A stretch of 64,000 nt of DNA from Felis catus (taxonomy: Eukaryota), in contig NC_058368.1 of NCBI RefSeq assembly GCF_018350175.1, positions 26,662,001 to 26,726,000 of the forward strand. The letters run 5' to 3'. Below, one piece after another: positions 11,960 through 24,875 of the stretch. Numbering within the stretch: position 1 is the first letter of the stretch; each line of letters opens with the position of its first letter. Both the position numbers and the translations under genes were made by a program. The notes under the pieces were generated by a model, which saw only the letters and a list, made by a program, of their open reading frames with translations, searched no databases and was not told the origin of the DNA.

Positions 11960-12830
11960 GTGAGAAAAATCCCTGCCATATTGAACTTGCATTAGGGTAC
12001 AGGACACAAACAGTAATCAAACAGGCACACAAATGAATGTAAAATTGCACATTGGCTGAGTTCTCTGCAGGAAAGGAAGACATTCTGTATCAACGAACAT
12101 GACTTGAACTGAGGGAATCAAAAAATCTTTTCTAAAAAAGTGACCCTTGATTTCAGATCTAAAAGATGTGTAAGTGTTAATCAGGTGAGTAGAAAGGGAA
12201 GTCTGAAGCAAAGAGCTGACACAGCAGGCATAGTGGCACCTGCAGAGATCCCCCAGTAAGGAGGGAGGATGTCAGTTTGAGGAGGTGGAAGGAGGCCCGA
12301 GTGACTGAAACACGGTATATGAAGGAAAGTAGCCCCAAATCAAGCTGGAGAGGTGAACAGAGCCAGAACACTGAGAACGTTGCAGGCCATATTATGGATC
12401 TTGGCCTTCAGAGAGTAATGGGAAAGCAATCAAGATTGCTAAAGCAGGCTTATATTGTCATTGGATTCAGGTTTGGAAAAGACTATTCTAGCTGTGGCAT
12501 GAGAATTGATTGTGGAAGGTCAGAGTCAACAGAGGAGGCCAAACAACTCAGCATTCCTCAGATGACCAATGATGGTGGAGACAGTGGAGGTGGAGAGGAG
12601 TCAGATTCAAGAGACACTTGAGAGGTAAAAAGCAACAGAACTTAGTGAAGGATTCTACATGGTGCCTGGGAGCAAGGGAGACATCAAGAATGTCTTCTCA
12701 GGTTCTTGCTTGTACAAATGGGTCCAATAGCGATGCAATTCTCAAGATAAGAATCAGGAAGAGAGCCAGATTTTGGAGTGCAAGCCACAAATTCAGCGTT
12801 GAGTGTGTTGAGGTTGAGGGTTGTTTCTGT
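11960..12830 (-). mobile_element. LINE-2 fragment
   Basis: Typical reverse-L2 motifs (GTGACCCTTGATTTCAGATCTAAAAGATG; GTAATGGGAAAGCAATC...GGAAAAGACTATTCTAGCTG). Confidence 0.7.
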
Positions 12831-13521
12831 TAGAGATTGTTCTGTAGAACGTCTCCTCTAGGCTCTTAATTGAGTTTTCTTTGTGGTGTTTGGTTTGTTT
12901 TATTTGCTTGTCTTACCCCCTGCAGTCTAACATTTCAAAAATGGAATAGCCAAGTCCTAACTGTGGAAATTTATCATGTCACTGCATCAAAATATTGACG
13001 TTTGCCTAATTTGAACCTTCCCAGGGAGTAATGCAAATAAGAGAGAAGATGGAAAATTTCTTGCGATCCCCAGGAGTGCCTGCAGGATGCTGGGCACTGA
13101 CCCCAGTTAGAGTCCAAATGTGTCAGAGAACTTTCCTGGCTCTGGTTGTCGAAGGCCATTTAATGTGGCAGGATCACTTTCCTTTAAGATGCTGCACAAG
13201 GATGAGCAAGCCAAGTTTAGGAGAATTGGCTCTCAACACATGGGGCAATTTCAGAGAAACATTAATGAGCTCTCCCTTCATTGAAAATTAAATCTGTCAA
13301 GGATATGAATCAGGTGTCATGTGAAAGAGAGCCCAATCAACTCTTTCAAAGCAATTTCCTGTTAGAACTCCAGGATAGAAGATGCCATTTCCCTCACTCC
13401 AAGGTGGTTGAGATCCTGTTGGCAAGTTGTTTTGAAATTCTTTCCATGAGAGAGAACAAAGTGAAGAAGACAGCCTGTACCGTTAGTTACCATCCAGAAA
13501 AATGAAATATATATTCATGGC

Positions 13522-13525
<4 letters not shown>

Positions 13526-13576
<51 letters not shown>
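13526..13576. repeat. (TC)~25 microsatellite
   Basis: Perfect dinucleotide run. Confidence 0.97.
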
Positions 13577-13580
<4 letters not shown>

Positions 13581-16500
13581 TTGTCTCGGCATTGACCAGC
13601 AACCTGATGAGGGTATATCAAGCCCTTTTAAAAACACATTTTTCCCCCTCCTTCTTCCCCGTCCTTTAATTCTTTTGAGGCTTAACTTAAAAGAAGAAAT
13701 GGAATTTCTATCTTTTAAGAAGTTTGGTTATGGTATCTGATTGGAATAAGTTTCATAGATTATATGAGGTTTAAGTTGTGTATTCTTCTTTATGACAGCT
13801 TGAGTTTTAAGGTTTTTGTCCTAAATCATTATTATTGAGTCTGCCTACAGTTTCAACAATTGTCAAACTGAGGGCAAGATCTGTTTCCTTGCCTGGAATA
13901 GAACACTGAATCTTGTAACTATATGAAGAAGGTAAGAGACAGATGATTTACAGCTATTTCACAAGCTATGAACCTAAGTCAATTGTCAAAAAAGGAAAGG
14001 AGGTAGATGTTCAGGATTTGTTATTTTATGTGGTTTTATGTATTTCTGATTTGTTTGAGGATCATTAACTTAAAATATTAGAAAATGAAAGGTCAAGGAG
14101 TTGTGATTCTACCAATGCTGCTCAACCAAAAAGCACCATAGAATTTTGAAGCACAGAGACACTTAAATCATCAGGTAGTCCAAGGCCTTCTGGAGTGTCT
14201 GATTTGGGATCATGGTTTTAATCCTCCCCACCTCCTATTACCCATAGGGGGAACAAATTCCCAGAGGGGAGGTGTCCCAGTAAATGTCACATGACTTGTA
14301 TCTCAGAATTCATCCTCTTATGAATTTTCTTCAGAGAAAAGAAGCAAGAGCTTGAGCCAGTCTTTATTCTAACAGACTGATTAGGCATATTACAAAGGGA
14401 AAGTCTCAAATGATAGCACTGGAAAGAACTATCCTACATGAAGTCCCTTTCTGGGGGTTCTGGGCTTTGGATGTGCTTAGGACACCTTATTTCCATTTTG
14501 GGTTCCTATAGACTCTGTAATTTGGAGGATGCCATCAGGTTCTTGGACAATTGCTGAGTAGAATTGAGGGAAATGAGAGGAAGGAAGCATCTCAGAGCCT
14601 GTCTGAACTTCCTCCTTGCTTTGGACCCCTCCTATACACTGATAACTGAGTATGGAGTTCTTGAACTGATAAACAAGGGTGTTGGACTTGGGTGTTTTGC
14701 TTTCTTGTTTGCAAGCTTTGTGTTTGTTTCTGTTCCTCTAAGAGAATACTTGCTTAGTCCCCTTGTGGCCCCCAACCACATACTAGGAAAAATGGGCCCA
14801 CTCTACCTTCTAATAATTTATCATGTTGTTGCTTATTCTTGAATTCAATGGATGAAACAAATGACCCAGAGTTTGTGAGTAATGGAATCCCATCTCCACT
14901 CCAACCCCAACTCATGAACCAATGACTTCTACTTGTACCTGACATAGTAACAAATATGTTGGGGGCCTTAACTTAAATCTAGAGCTAAGCTGGTGATCTC
15001 AGTTGAAATACTCTGATTCATTCTGAACAATCATTTGATAGAATAGTCTTAGTTTTCCCGTCTGTAAAATGAATTCCATGTTGGTGACTCTGGTATTAAA
15101 GTAAAATATCTTTAAGAGAGTTGCTGGAGGCTGTGACATATGACCCAGTGTATTATTATTTTATAATGGAGAGTTTTACCTACCAAAGAGAAGAGCTATC
15201 AGCTTCTCTTGGCATTGCTGGTAATTTATTATTCATGACTTCTAAAAATTCCAGCACTGCAGGAAGCTTCAGCATCATTACTGCATTACGTTTTGCTTTT
15301 GTGTTAATGCACAGCTATTTTTCACTGTCACTTTCACGGGTAGCAAGAGAGAATAGACGAAAAATTTTAACAAATGTAGGACAGTACCAGACATATTCCA
15401 GGTTCTGTTTCTTGTTATTAATTGAATGATCAAATTCAGCTTTATCAGAAGTGAGACTTTTCTGGATGTCCACAGGTTAACCCAAATACCTTCTTCTCCT
15501 TGGTGTCCTCAATACATCATGCTCACTCAGAAGCAAGGGACAGGCAATAATGAATTTAGTTAGCACTTTCATATTTGAAGAATCAAGAACATCATCAATT
15601 TTTTTTGCTTTTCATAATTAAGAAGAAAAAAAGTCATGGTTTAATTTCAGGCAGTGAAGAAGCTTCCATTCAATTCAACTTCTCTGTGGATTAGAGTAAG
15701 GAAGTCCTTTTGATGGGACCAAAGAGATTTCTCCTTCTAGAAGGAGGAGAGGATTCTCTGCTTTGAAGACAGCTCTTGAAGGTAAGGACTCCCTGCTTCC
15801 AAAATCTGGAATAATCTAAGTCAAGCCCAGGTAACATAACGTAGAAGCAAAACTATGCTAACCCTCGATGTTACGAATGGGAACAGTTCTTTTCTGTCTA
15901 AATCACAAATACCCATTGTACATCTCCAGCTTTGTAATTTGTCTTTCTTCAAATGTTTGTGCTCTTGGGGTGACTGTATCTGCAGGTGCTAACAATCAGC
16001 AAGAACAAAGACATCGGGGCTCTTGTTCTGTGTCTTCTTTCTTTCCATGCCTGCCCTTTGGTTAGCTGGTACTGTGTGAACAAAGTTACAAATTTGAATG
16101 ACATATTTTCAAAGGGTTGAAGAATGCCAAGACAATAGCTCTCTGCAAATGCAGCACAATGGGCAGATGTAAAAAGTGGAGGAAGGGGATATTCGGCGTG
16201 TATACACTCATTACTAATAGCTTACAGCTTAGCAATTTCATATTTTGTTTTGATATCTTCTGACCTCATAGAGGTTTCTTTTATGCAGTCCAAGCATGTA
16301 CAGAAATACTTTTTCATCCAATTACATATGGCAGTGTATTTTTCCCAATTAGCAGGGTCCTTGGGTGTGTGGTAACAGCAGAAATAAGGACATCAGGGGT
16401 CTCATTCTCCTCTCTCCTTATTTTTCATGACCTCCCTTTTTTGTTCAGCTTTGGGTTATTTTGCCAAGAAACAGCTCTAGATGCATCATATTTCCACCCA

Positions 16501-17160
16501 TTAATCAATGCTAATCCAAAAAAGCATGAGGCATGGATAGGAAAGTTCTCTTGCCTTACAAAACAAGTCCGTGTTTATACTTGGAATCTGCTCTAGACAA
16601 AGTAAAGGACAAAAGAGAATGCGCTGGACTTTTTTAAGCATCATGATAGCCTGACTGTGAAACCTCACAATTTGTTTGGAGCAAGTAAACGGATATTGTG
16701 ATATTTGTAATCTGTATCATGGTCCAGTGAAGTATTTCCCAAAAAGCACTTCATGGAAGAGAAATCCCTGGAGATACTTCAGAGAAGGAATTGTGGAGTT
16801 CAGTAAGTTTGGGGAGTGTGTCACACAAGATTTCCCTTTTTGAGACTCACAATGCATAATAGAATTTTATAGCTCAGACAACTAACAAAACAAAGAAAAA
16901 ACTATTGCACTTCGTGTAATCTTAGCATTTCAGAAACTCATTTGATCACAGATCACATTTTAAAACTCATTTTTTTTTAAAAATAATACTAATATCTGAA
17001 AGTAGCAAGTGAAGTAAATGATCTATAAGCTATAGCTTGGGAGCAGATCAGTACTTTTAATCAAAAGAAAAACTTTCAAACTTAAGGTCTGCTACTGATT
17101 TGCAGTACATCACAAATGACCATTATATCCTGCTATATCTCATTAATAATTTTCACTTTT

Positions 17161-17336
17161 TTTTCAAGTTTATTGATTTATTTTGAGAGAGAGAGAGAGA
17201 GAGAGAGGAGAATCCCAAGCAGGCTCCTCACTGTCCGCATGGAGTCCAATGCAGGGCTCAAACCCAAACCATGAGATCGTGACCTGAGCAGAAACCAAGA
17301 GTTGCACGCTTAACCAGCTGAGCCTCCCGGCACTCC
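17161..17336 (-). mobile_element. Older Can-SINE
   Basis: Reverse SINE with (GA)n; imperfect 16-bp TSD at 17145-17160 and 17337-17352. Confidence 0.9.
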
Positions 17337-17469
17337 AATATTTTTAACTTTTAAATGAAAATAATAATATAAGTGAAAATTTATTAAGTTCTTATGATGT
17401 GTCAGGTACTGTACTAAGGGCTGTAGATATTTTATTCCATTTATTACTTTGAACTTGTATTTATTTTTA

Positions 17470-17718
17470 TTTATTCATATCTTTTTAATGTTTATTTATT
17501 TTTGAGAGAGAGAGAGAGAGAGACAGAGAGACAGAGAGACAGAGAGACAGAGTGCAAGCTGGGGAGAGGCAGAAAGAGAAGGAGACACAGAATCCGAAGC
17601 AGGCTCCAGGCTCTGAGCTGTCAGCACAGAGCCCAACGCGGGGCTCAAACTCACAAACCGTGAGATCATGACCTGAGCTGAAGCCGGACGCTCAATCGAC
17701 TGAGCCACCCAGGGGCCC
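17470..17718 (-). mobile_element. Can-SINE inserted in a MIR remnant
   Basis: 14-bp TSD TGTATTTATTTTTA at 17456-17469 and 17719-17732. Confidence 0.95.
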
Positions 17719-18053
17719 TGTATTTATTTTTAAATAAACCCAAGTAGTGAAAGAATATATTCTCATTTTTAAAAAGTAAAAAAACCCACAAACCTATAAA
17801 ATATCCTTTCATTTTAGCATAAACATCTATATCTTTTTCTGTGCATTTAAATAAAAATGTTTCCTTGCAAAAGCATATACATTTCTTATTTTCTACATAA
17901 CCAGAATCATATTATGCATACCATTGTGCACTAGCTTTTTTTTTTAATATAAGGTATGTATTAGAGATATTTCCAGTATATACATCAGTATATACACATC
18001 TACCACATTCCATTTGGAGGCTTCATGACATTTATGGTGTATATGTACCTCCC

Positions 18054-18277
18054 ATTTTTTTTTTTAATGTTTATATATTTTTGAAGGAGAGAGAGAGAGA
18101 CAGAGTGTGAGCTGGGGAGGGGCAGAGAGAGAGGGAGACACAGAATCCGAAGCAGGCTCCAGGCTCTGAGCCATCAGCACAGAGTCTGATATAGGACTCA
18201 AACCCACCAACCTTGGGATCGGATCATGACCTGAGCTGATGTCAGACACTTAACCGACTGAACCACCTAGGCGCTCC
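18054..18277 (-). mobile_element. Can-SINE
   Basis: Full reverse copy flanked by TACCTCC(C/A)ATTTTTT duplication. Confidence 0.93.
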
Positions 18278-18856
18278 TATACCTCCAATTTTTTTAATGG
18301 TAGATATTCAGTTTATTTTCAAATTTTTCACCAGTTTAAACAATTACTTTTATTTCTATTTCTGGTAGTATGGCAGATAGGTAAACTTGGATGATGCCCT
18401 ACTTGAAACAATCAGAATGCTGGAGAAAACACAGGGTACATCAGCTTGCACATAAAGAAGGGCGACTCAAGGGTCAAAAGACAAAGTGAAAGCAAGAACC
18501 CTGTGGAGCAAGAGATGGCCAAACTTATCTTTCTTTCTGAGGTTTTCTACTGAAGCCTGGACAATTTGAGCTACTGCTTGGTGAGGTGCAGGAGCCAAGA
18601 AGTAAGACTTAATGTTTGTACAAGGAGCCAAAGCCAATAGAAAACACCCCACATAAAGCTGTCATCCTAAGGACTATCGCTTCAGTGTGGCAGTGTCCCT
18701 CGAAGGGACAATTCACTTGGGTGCATGGTAGGAGATGAGGGTAATCTCTCCTAAGAGTTTAAAACCACAAGCCTGACTTCATGTGGGTTTGACATCTAGT
18801 TCATGATATCTTTGTGTTTCAAAAAACATCAAGTCAAAAATACATAGCTCATGCTG

Positions 18857-18996
18857 CATTAAGGAGGGCACTTTTAGGAGGAGCACTGGGTGTCATATGG
18901 AAGAGATGAATCACTGGGTTCTACTCCTGAAACCAAGATGACATTGTATGTTAACTAACTTGAATTTACATAAAAAAAGACAAAAATAAAAATAAA
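18857..18996 (+). mobile_element. Carnivore L1 extreme 3' end
   Basis: ATTAAGGAGGGCAC...GAGCACTGGGTG...GATGAATCACT...GTATGTTAACTAACTTGAATTTA plus A-rich tail. Confidence 0.85.
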
Positions 18997-19000
18997 CACA

Positions 19001-19325
19001 CGGCTGACCCTTGGACAACCCAGGTTATGTGGGTCCACTTATACATGGATTTTTTTCCCATAAATATACATACAGTACTATAAATGTATTTTCTCTTCCT
19101 TTCTTTTCTTCAGCTTGTTTCATTGTAAGAATACACCATATAGTACATATGATATACAAAATATGTGTTAATCAAGTGTTTGTGTTACCAGTAAGGCTTC
19201 CAGTCAGCAGTAGGCTATGAGTAGTTAAGTTTGGGGGAAGTCAAAAGTTATACACAGATTTTCAACCATGCCAGTAAGTCAGCACCCCTACCCTCCCCCC
19301 ACACACATTGTTCAAGGGTCAGCTC
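19001..19325 (+). mobile_element. Tigger2a-like TcMar-Tigger MITE
   Basis: Terminal inverted repeats CGGCTGACCCTTGGACAA ... TTGTTCAAGGGTCAGCTC, TA at the right flank, internal GTAAGGCTTCCAGTCAGCAGTAGGCTAT...AGTCAAAAGTTATAC. Confidence 0.85.
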
Positions 19326-19580
19326 TAATGTGGATGCAGGTTAATGGTGCCCCTAAGCATATTATATAAGTAAAAACATCCAAATCCTCAGAAGAAATTC
19401 AACTGAGGCCTCTAAGAATTCCTACAGATATTGTTACAAGAAAAATGATCTGCCTACAGTCAAAGTTCACAAGACAAACAGGAACCAAGACACCATGAGT
19501 AAAACCAGCAGAAACAATAAACAGGAGATTCAGACTTGCAAAGACTTCATATATTGGAATTATCACTAAAACCTTTTTTA

Positions 19581-19793
19581 ATTTTTTTTTCAATGTTTAT
19601 TTATTTTTGGGACAGAGAGAGACAGAGCATGAACGGGGGAGGGGCAGAGAGAGAGGGAGACACAGAATCAGAAACAGGCTCCAGGCTCTGAACCATCAGC
19701 CCAGAGCCCGACGTGGGGCTTGAACTCACGGACCGCGAGATCGTGACCTGGCTGAAGTCGGACGCTTAACCGACTGCGCCACCCAGGCGCCCC
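19581..19793 (-). mobile_element. Young SINEC_Fc
   Basis: Full reverse copy, TSD approximately TAAAA(C/A)CTTTTTT. Confidence 0.96.
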
Positions 19794-19819
19794 TAAAAAC
19801 TTTTTTAAAACTCTATTTA

Positions 19820-20046
19820 AGGGCACCTGGATGGCTCAGTAGGGTAAGTATCCAACTTCGGCTCAGGTCATGATCTCATGGTTCATGAGTTTGAGCCCCG
19901 CCTCGGGCTCTATGCTGACAGCTCGGAGCTAGGATTGGATTCTGTGTCTCCCTCTCTCTCTCTTTCCCTCCCCTGCCTGTGCTGTTTCTCTCTCTCCCTC
20001 TCAAAAATAAACATTAAATTTTTTTTTAATTAAAAAAAGAAAAAAG
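19820..20046 (+). mobile_element. Can-SINE
   Basis: GGGCACCTGGATGGCTCAG head to AATAAACATTAAA...A tail. Confidence 0.93.
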
Positions 20047-20739
20047 TATATTTCATGTTTTGAGAAATAAAAGAAAGCTTGAGGATACGAAAAAGAATAA
20101 GAAATTTTAAAAAGGATAACCAAATATATTTGCAAAAGAATAACTAGAAATCTTCAAGAATTCTAGAAGTCATGAATATATAAATTGAAATTAATAAGGC
20201 AATATAAACAGCAGATGAGATAGACACAGATAAAGAAGTAGTCAGTTCGAAGATATAGCTAAAGAAGCTATACAGAATATAGTCCAGAGAAATGAAGAGA
20301 TAGAAAATATGAAAAAGTTCAAAGACATAGAAGATACAGTAGGAATGCCTGAGGTACGTTAATGAAAGTTTCAGAGGGCAATCATCAAGATAACGGAGAA
20401 AAAAGCATTACCTGAAGAGCTAATGGGTGAGAATATTCTCTCATTGCTGACTTTCATACCCGTTTCCAAAAAGGCAAATGAGTCACAAGTATGATAAACA
20501 AGAGAAATGTTTATATCTGAACATATAGTAAAGCAAAACACCAAAGAAAAAGAGATTAAAAACAGGCAGCCAGCAAGACGGCACTAAAGCAAATAGAGTT
20601 GTGGCTAACTCCTCAAAGGCAACAATGGCAACAATCATTTGTTCAAGCTGAGAGAATATACATGTGAATTTGGAATCTTATACTAAGAACACAGCTTTCT
20701 AGATTGAGGTGACATAAAGATATTTTCTATCCTTTTGCT

Positions 20740-21030
20740 TAGCCATTCTTACTGCGTGCTATTTACCTTGTCTCAGGACAGTTGCTTCACCTCTGTCTTG
20801 TGGTAGGAAAAAGAGAAACAGCAAAAGAAAAAAAAATAGGCCAGTTACCCTCCTTTTTTCCTGGAAGTCCCATCCATACTTCCACATATCTCGGCCAAAA
20901 CTCCATCGCATAGTCTCACTTACCTGCAAGGCAGCCTGAGATGCATTGCCTCCCCAAAACAAAATTTAGTTTCTATTTGTGAAAAGGAGGAATAGCTTTA
21001 TTAGGATATTAGATAAGCCACTAATTAATG
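20740..21030 (-). mobile_element. MaLR LTR remnant (MLT1J/I-like)
   Basis: TTCCTGGAAGTCCCA...GGCCAAAACT...ACCTGCAAGGCAGCCTGAGA...CCCCAAAACAAAATT resembles an old MLT1 LTR. Confidence 0.5.
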
Positions 21031-21419
21031 ATTTCTATTACAATCAAGAATAAAACATGATTTCTGTCCTCAAAGATTTCATAGTCTGGCGAGAGAGATG
21101 GACCTATAAAGAAGGTAAATGTGGAATTTCGCACATTTATTTCCATAGTTTTTTTTTTCTATAAATTAAATGAGAGGCTATTTACTACTATCATTTGAGT
21201 CTTTGTTGATTTATCATTCCATCAGCGAGCCAACCAGGTGACTTTAGTAAGCAGGCTCACGTGCTAGGAATTACACTAGGTCACGGGTACATAGAAAAAT
21301 CAAATGTGGTTCCCACTCTGTGAAGTCTTGTGACCTTGTGGGAGATGTCAGGTAGGAGAAAAACAGAGTAGTGCAAGAAATTATTACAACATAAATGGGG
21401 AGAAAGGAATAAAAGAGGA

Positions 21420-21855
21420 TATTATAGGTTGAATTGTATCCGCCCAAATTCATATGTTGAAGTCTTAACCCCAAGTTAAGACTAGAATGTAACCTTAGAA
21501 TGTCACCCTAGAATGTAACCTTATTTAGAGATAGAGTCTTTACAGAGGTAATCAAGTTAAAGTGAGGTCATTAGGATAGACCTTAATCCAATAGGACTAT
21601 TATCTTGTAAGAAGGGGAAATTTGGACACATGTAGAGAGAAGGCACTGTGATGAGACGGGAGAAAACGGCCATTTGTAAACCAAGGAGAGAGGCCTGGGA
21701 CAGATCTACCCCCCACAGACCTCAGAGGGAGGCGGCCTTGCTGACACCTTGATTCTGGATTTCTGCCTCCAGAGCCATGAGACAATCAGTTCCAGTTGTT
21801 TAAGGCCCTCAGGCTGGGGTACTTTCTGTCACGGCAGCCTTAGCAGGTTAATACA
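21420..21855 (+). mobile_element. MaLR solo LTR (MLT1B-like), inserted in an L2
   Basis: GTTGAATTGTATCC...AATTCATATGTTGAAG...GAGGTAATCAAGTTAAA...CACCTTGATTCTGGA...GCAGCCTTAGCAGGTTAATACA; 5-bp TSD GAGGA/CAGGA. Confidence 0.88.
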
Positions 21856-22579
21856 CAGGAAGGGATCCATTCTCAGGGAGGCATAGAGAGTAAAAATGCT
21901 CTAGAAAGGCCTTCACGATTACCTGAAGGTTGAGTTGTAGAATGAACAGACATTTGCCGCTCAGAGTTGGAGAAGCAGGAGCCATAGGAATTCCAGTCCA
22001 AAAGGATGTCGTGAATAGAGAATGAGCAATGTGATGAAGCATGACAAGACTGAGAAAACATTAAAGCAGGGACATAAGTTTGGGGTAGATGTCGTGAGGG
22101 AGGAAGCCGGGATAGCAGGATGCTCACATTAAGAAGGACCTTTGATTTTCCAAAAAAACAAAAACAAAAACAAAAAAACAAAAAACCAGCATCTCTTTGA
22201 AAAATAAATATGAAGCAGAGAAGTCTCTGTAGCTGGTTTTGTACTGGATTGAGTCTGTTTCTGATTTATCTGATGCCATTTAAATGAGCCTTCTTCACGA
22301 GTTAGAACTGACGTTCAGAAGAAATTTGTGCCTCCAGTGCATTATGCACAGTCCCCAGGACACTTGCAGGCACCCTGTCTTGAGCAAATAGCTCCTGATG
22401 GAAATGTGGATACTCGGTGCTGTATACTCAAATGTGCAATCCAGCTATACAGCTTGACGTAGTTTCATGAGGCCAAGGTCTTAGTCCTAATACAAATGTG
22501 TTCTTTTGATTCCTCTGAGACAGAGTTAGTGTTGGGCCTTTGCTCAAAAACATGAAATCACTTAATACAGAAGATTATA

Positions 22580-22795
22580 GTGGCATGTGGGTGGCTCAGT
22601 TGGTTAAGTGTCTGGCTTTGGCTCAGGTCGCGATCTCGCAGTTCACGGGTTCAAGCCCTGCATCAGGCTCTGAGTTATTAGCTCAGAGCCTGGAGCCTGC
22701 TTGAGATTTGGTGTCTCCCTCTCTCTCTACCGCTCCCCTGCTCATGCTCTGTCTCTCTCTCTCTCTAAAGCATAAGTAAACATTAAAAAAATTTT
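22580..22795 (+). mobile_element. Can-SINE
   Basis: 11-bp TSD AGAAGATTATA at 22569-22579 and 22796-22806. Confidence 0.94.
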
Positions 22796-23004
22796 AGAAG
22801 ATTATAATGTTTAAGGATGGGTTGATATAAAATTGCTACAATTCCGTCTCTTCAAATCATTGTGAGACCCTTGTACCTTTCTAATCTGAAATTTCTGCTC
22901 TTATTATGCAACATTTAATACAATCAAGTATAGGCAGGAAGAGCAGTAGACAATGAGACTTTCATGTTCAAAGCCAGAGAATAGAAAACTCTTGTGTGTT
23001 TTAA

Positions 23005-23078
23005 CGTTTTATTTATTTTTGGGACAGAGAGAGACAGAGCATGAACGGGGGAGGGGCAGAGAGAGAGGGAGACACAGA
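23005..23078 (-). mobile_element. 5'-truncated young SINEC_Fc (74 bp)
   Basis: 3' third of the SINE between perfect direct repeats TCTTGTGTGTTTTAA at 22990-23004 and 23079-23093. Confidence 0.93.
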
Positions 23079-23507
23079 TCTTGTGTGTTTTAAAATAGAA
23101 ACTTTTGCAATTAAACCAACTCCCTCCTGCTCAGGAAAATCCATATAAATCAAATTTGCTGCCAGGACTTTCTCACTGTAATAAATGACTATAAATAAGC
23201 CTACTCTTTATGATAATGTTTGTCACACCTTGAATCAAGGTTATTAAAAAGGCTGTTTTATAACAGACAACAGCCATTCATAACTGATTTTTTTTTTACG
23301 CCTGTGTTTGAACCAATAGACCCTCTTCTGTACAGAATTAAATTTTATAAGCAATTAAATAAGACAATATATTACAAATCCTGCGAAAGGCATTATACAT
23401 GAGGAAAGTCTAAATGACATAGCAACTGGGTTCCATTTAAGATATCTGCTATCCATTCATTGTGAAGCCTGGGTAAACTCTATCACTAGAGTACTTCTGC
23501 TTTTTCA

Positions 23508-23708
23508 ACGTTCATTTATTTTTGGGACAGAGAGAGACAGAGCATGAACGGGGGAGGGGCAGAGAGAGAGGGAGACACAGAATCGGAAACAGGCTCCAGG
23601 CTCCGAGCCATCAGCCCAGAGCCTGACGCGGGGCTTGAACTCACGGACCACGAGATCGTGACCTGGCTGAAGTCGGACGCTTAACCGACTGCGCCACCCA
23701 GGCGCCCC
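23508..23708 (-). mobile_element. Young SINEC_Fc without poly(A) tail
   Basis: Full body; TSD TGCTTTTTCA at 23498-23507 and 23709-23718. Confidence 0.96.
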
Positions 23709-24875
23709 TGCTTTTTCATCTGTACTATAAAAACAGGAGAAATAGATGTGTCCTCGTCTAAATAAAGCACAATGGGATTCAAGCACTAATATTCTAGTAG
23801 TCTTTGCTTAAATGTATACAAAACAATTACAGCAAAATAAGCATTTTTGCCTGAAAAGACTATAGCAATGTATAGCTAATGTTGGAAGACGATGATCAGA
23901 CAGAAAGGTAGATTAATGCCAATTTTGCTTATGCAGAGATTAATTTTTTTTATCCAGTGTACTTATGAATAAGAAGAAATAACTAAGCAAATAAAAGTTC
24001 TTCAGAAGAATACTGATGCTAACTGAATATGAAAATGGGTGTGACTGGAGTTGAGCACTCCTGTTGCTTTGTGGATGGAATTGTGGTTGATAAAAAGGAC
24101 TTACTCCATGCCAACTCTCACATCACAGTAGAATCAGTAACAGATTTACACATAGACAATGACCATTAAAGGGGTTTGTTTTTTCAAATGCAAATGAGGT
24201 AGACGTTTATAGATTTTATTTTTATGTATTAACTAAAGTTCTGTTTGGCATAAAATAATTGTTGGCCACCCTGAATTTTACATACCTTTCTTCTTAGCTC
24301 ATGTTTATGGTCTAGACAATTAGGATGATCATGGGGGGGGGGACACTCTTAGGATCAAAAGAATGGGAATAATTCCCTGGGTCTCCAGATCCCCTCATTA
24401 CCAGCATAGGTTGCTGGGATCTCCCTTCCCTGCTATCAATCCATTTTTACCCCAGACTGAAAGGTGCTACACTTTTTATTTTTTAGAACGTGGGTTTAAA
24501 ATTCTACTCTGTCCAAAAGATTTTTAACAGATTAGAAAATTGTCTTCAGTATTTATAATAGTGCAGATCAATTTCTAAAAAATAGATTGTCTATACTGTT
24601 TTTGGCATCAAGATCATGTAACGTAACTAGGGAGCATTTTCAAGTATCTTTTTTTTTTTCAAATTTTCTCTATGTAGCTCATACTTCCTCAAAAGCAATT
24701 ACTTTTTCATTCCTCACTACAATATGTGTGTTCATGTTTTTAAAGAACAGCTAGCTTACTATCAGCCACTTGTCATGGTAGAAATGGTAAGCAATTTTGG
24801 ATCATTCATCTTTTTATAGAAGAAAAATCTCATCCTAAAATTTGACAGCTCTTTTAAATACCTTGCTGTGAGAAT

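Larger units (their letters stand above)
18340..20730 (+). mobile_element. Old L1M 5' region/ORF1 remnant, interrupted by younger elements
   Basis: A-rich ORF1-like motifs (GAATAACTAGAAATC, GAAGAGCTAATGGGTGAGAATATTC, GAGGTGACATAAAGATATTTTC); boundaries approximate. Confidence 0.55.
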
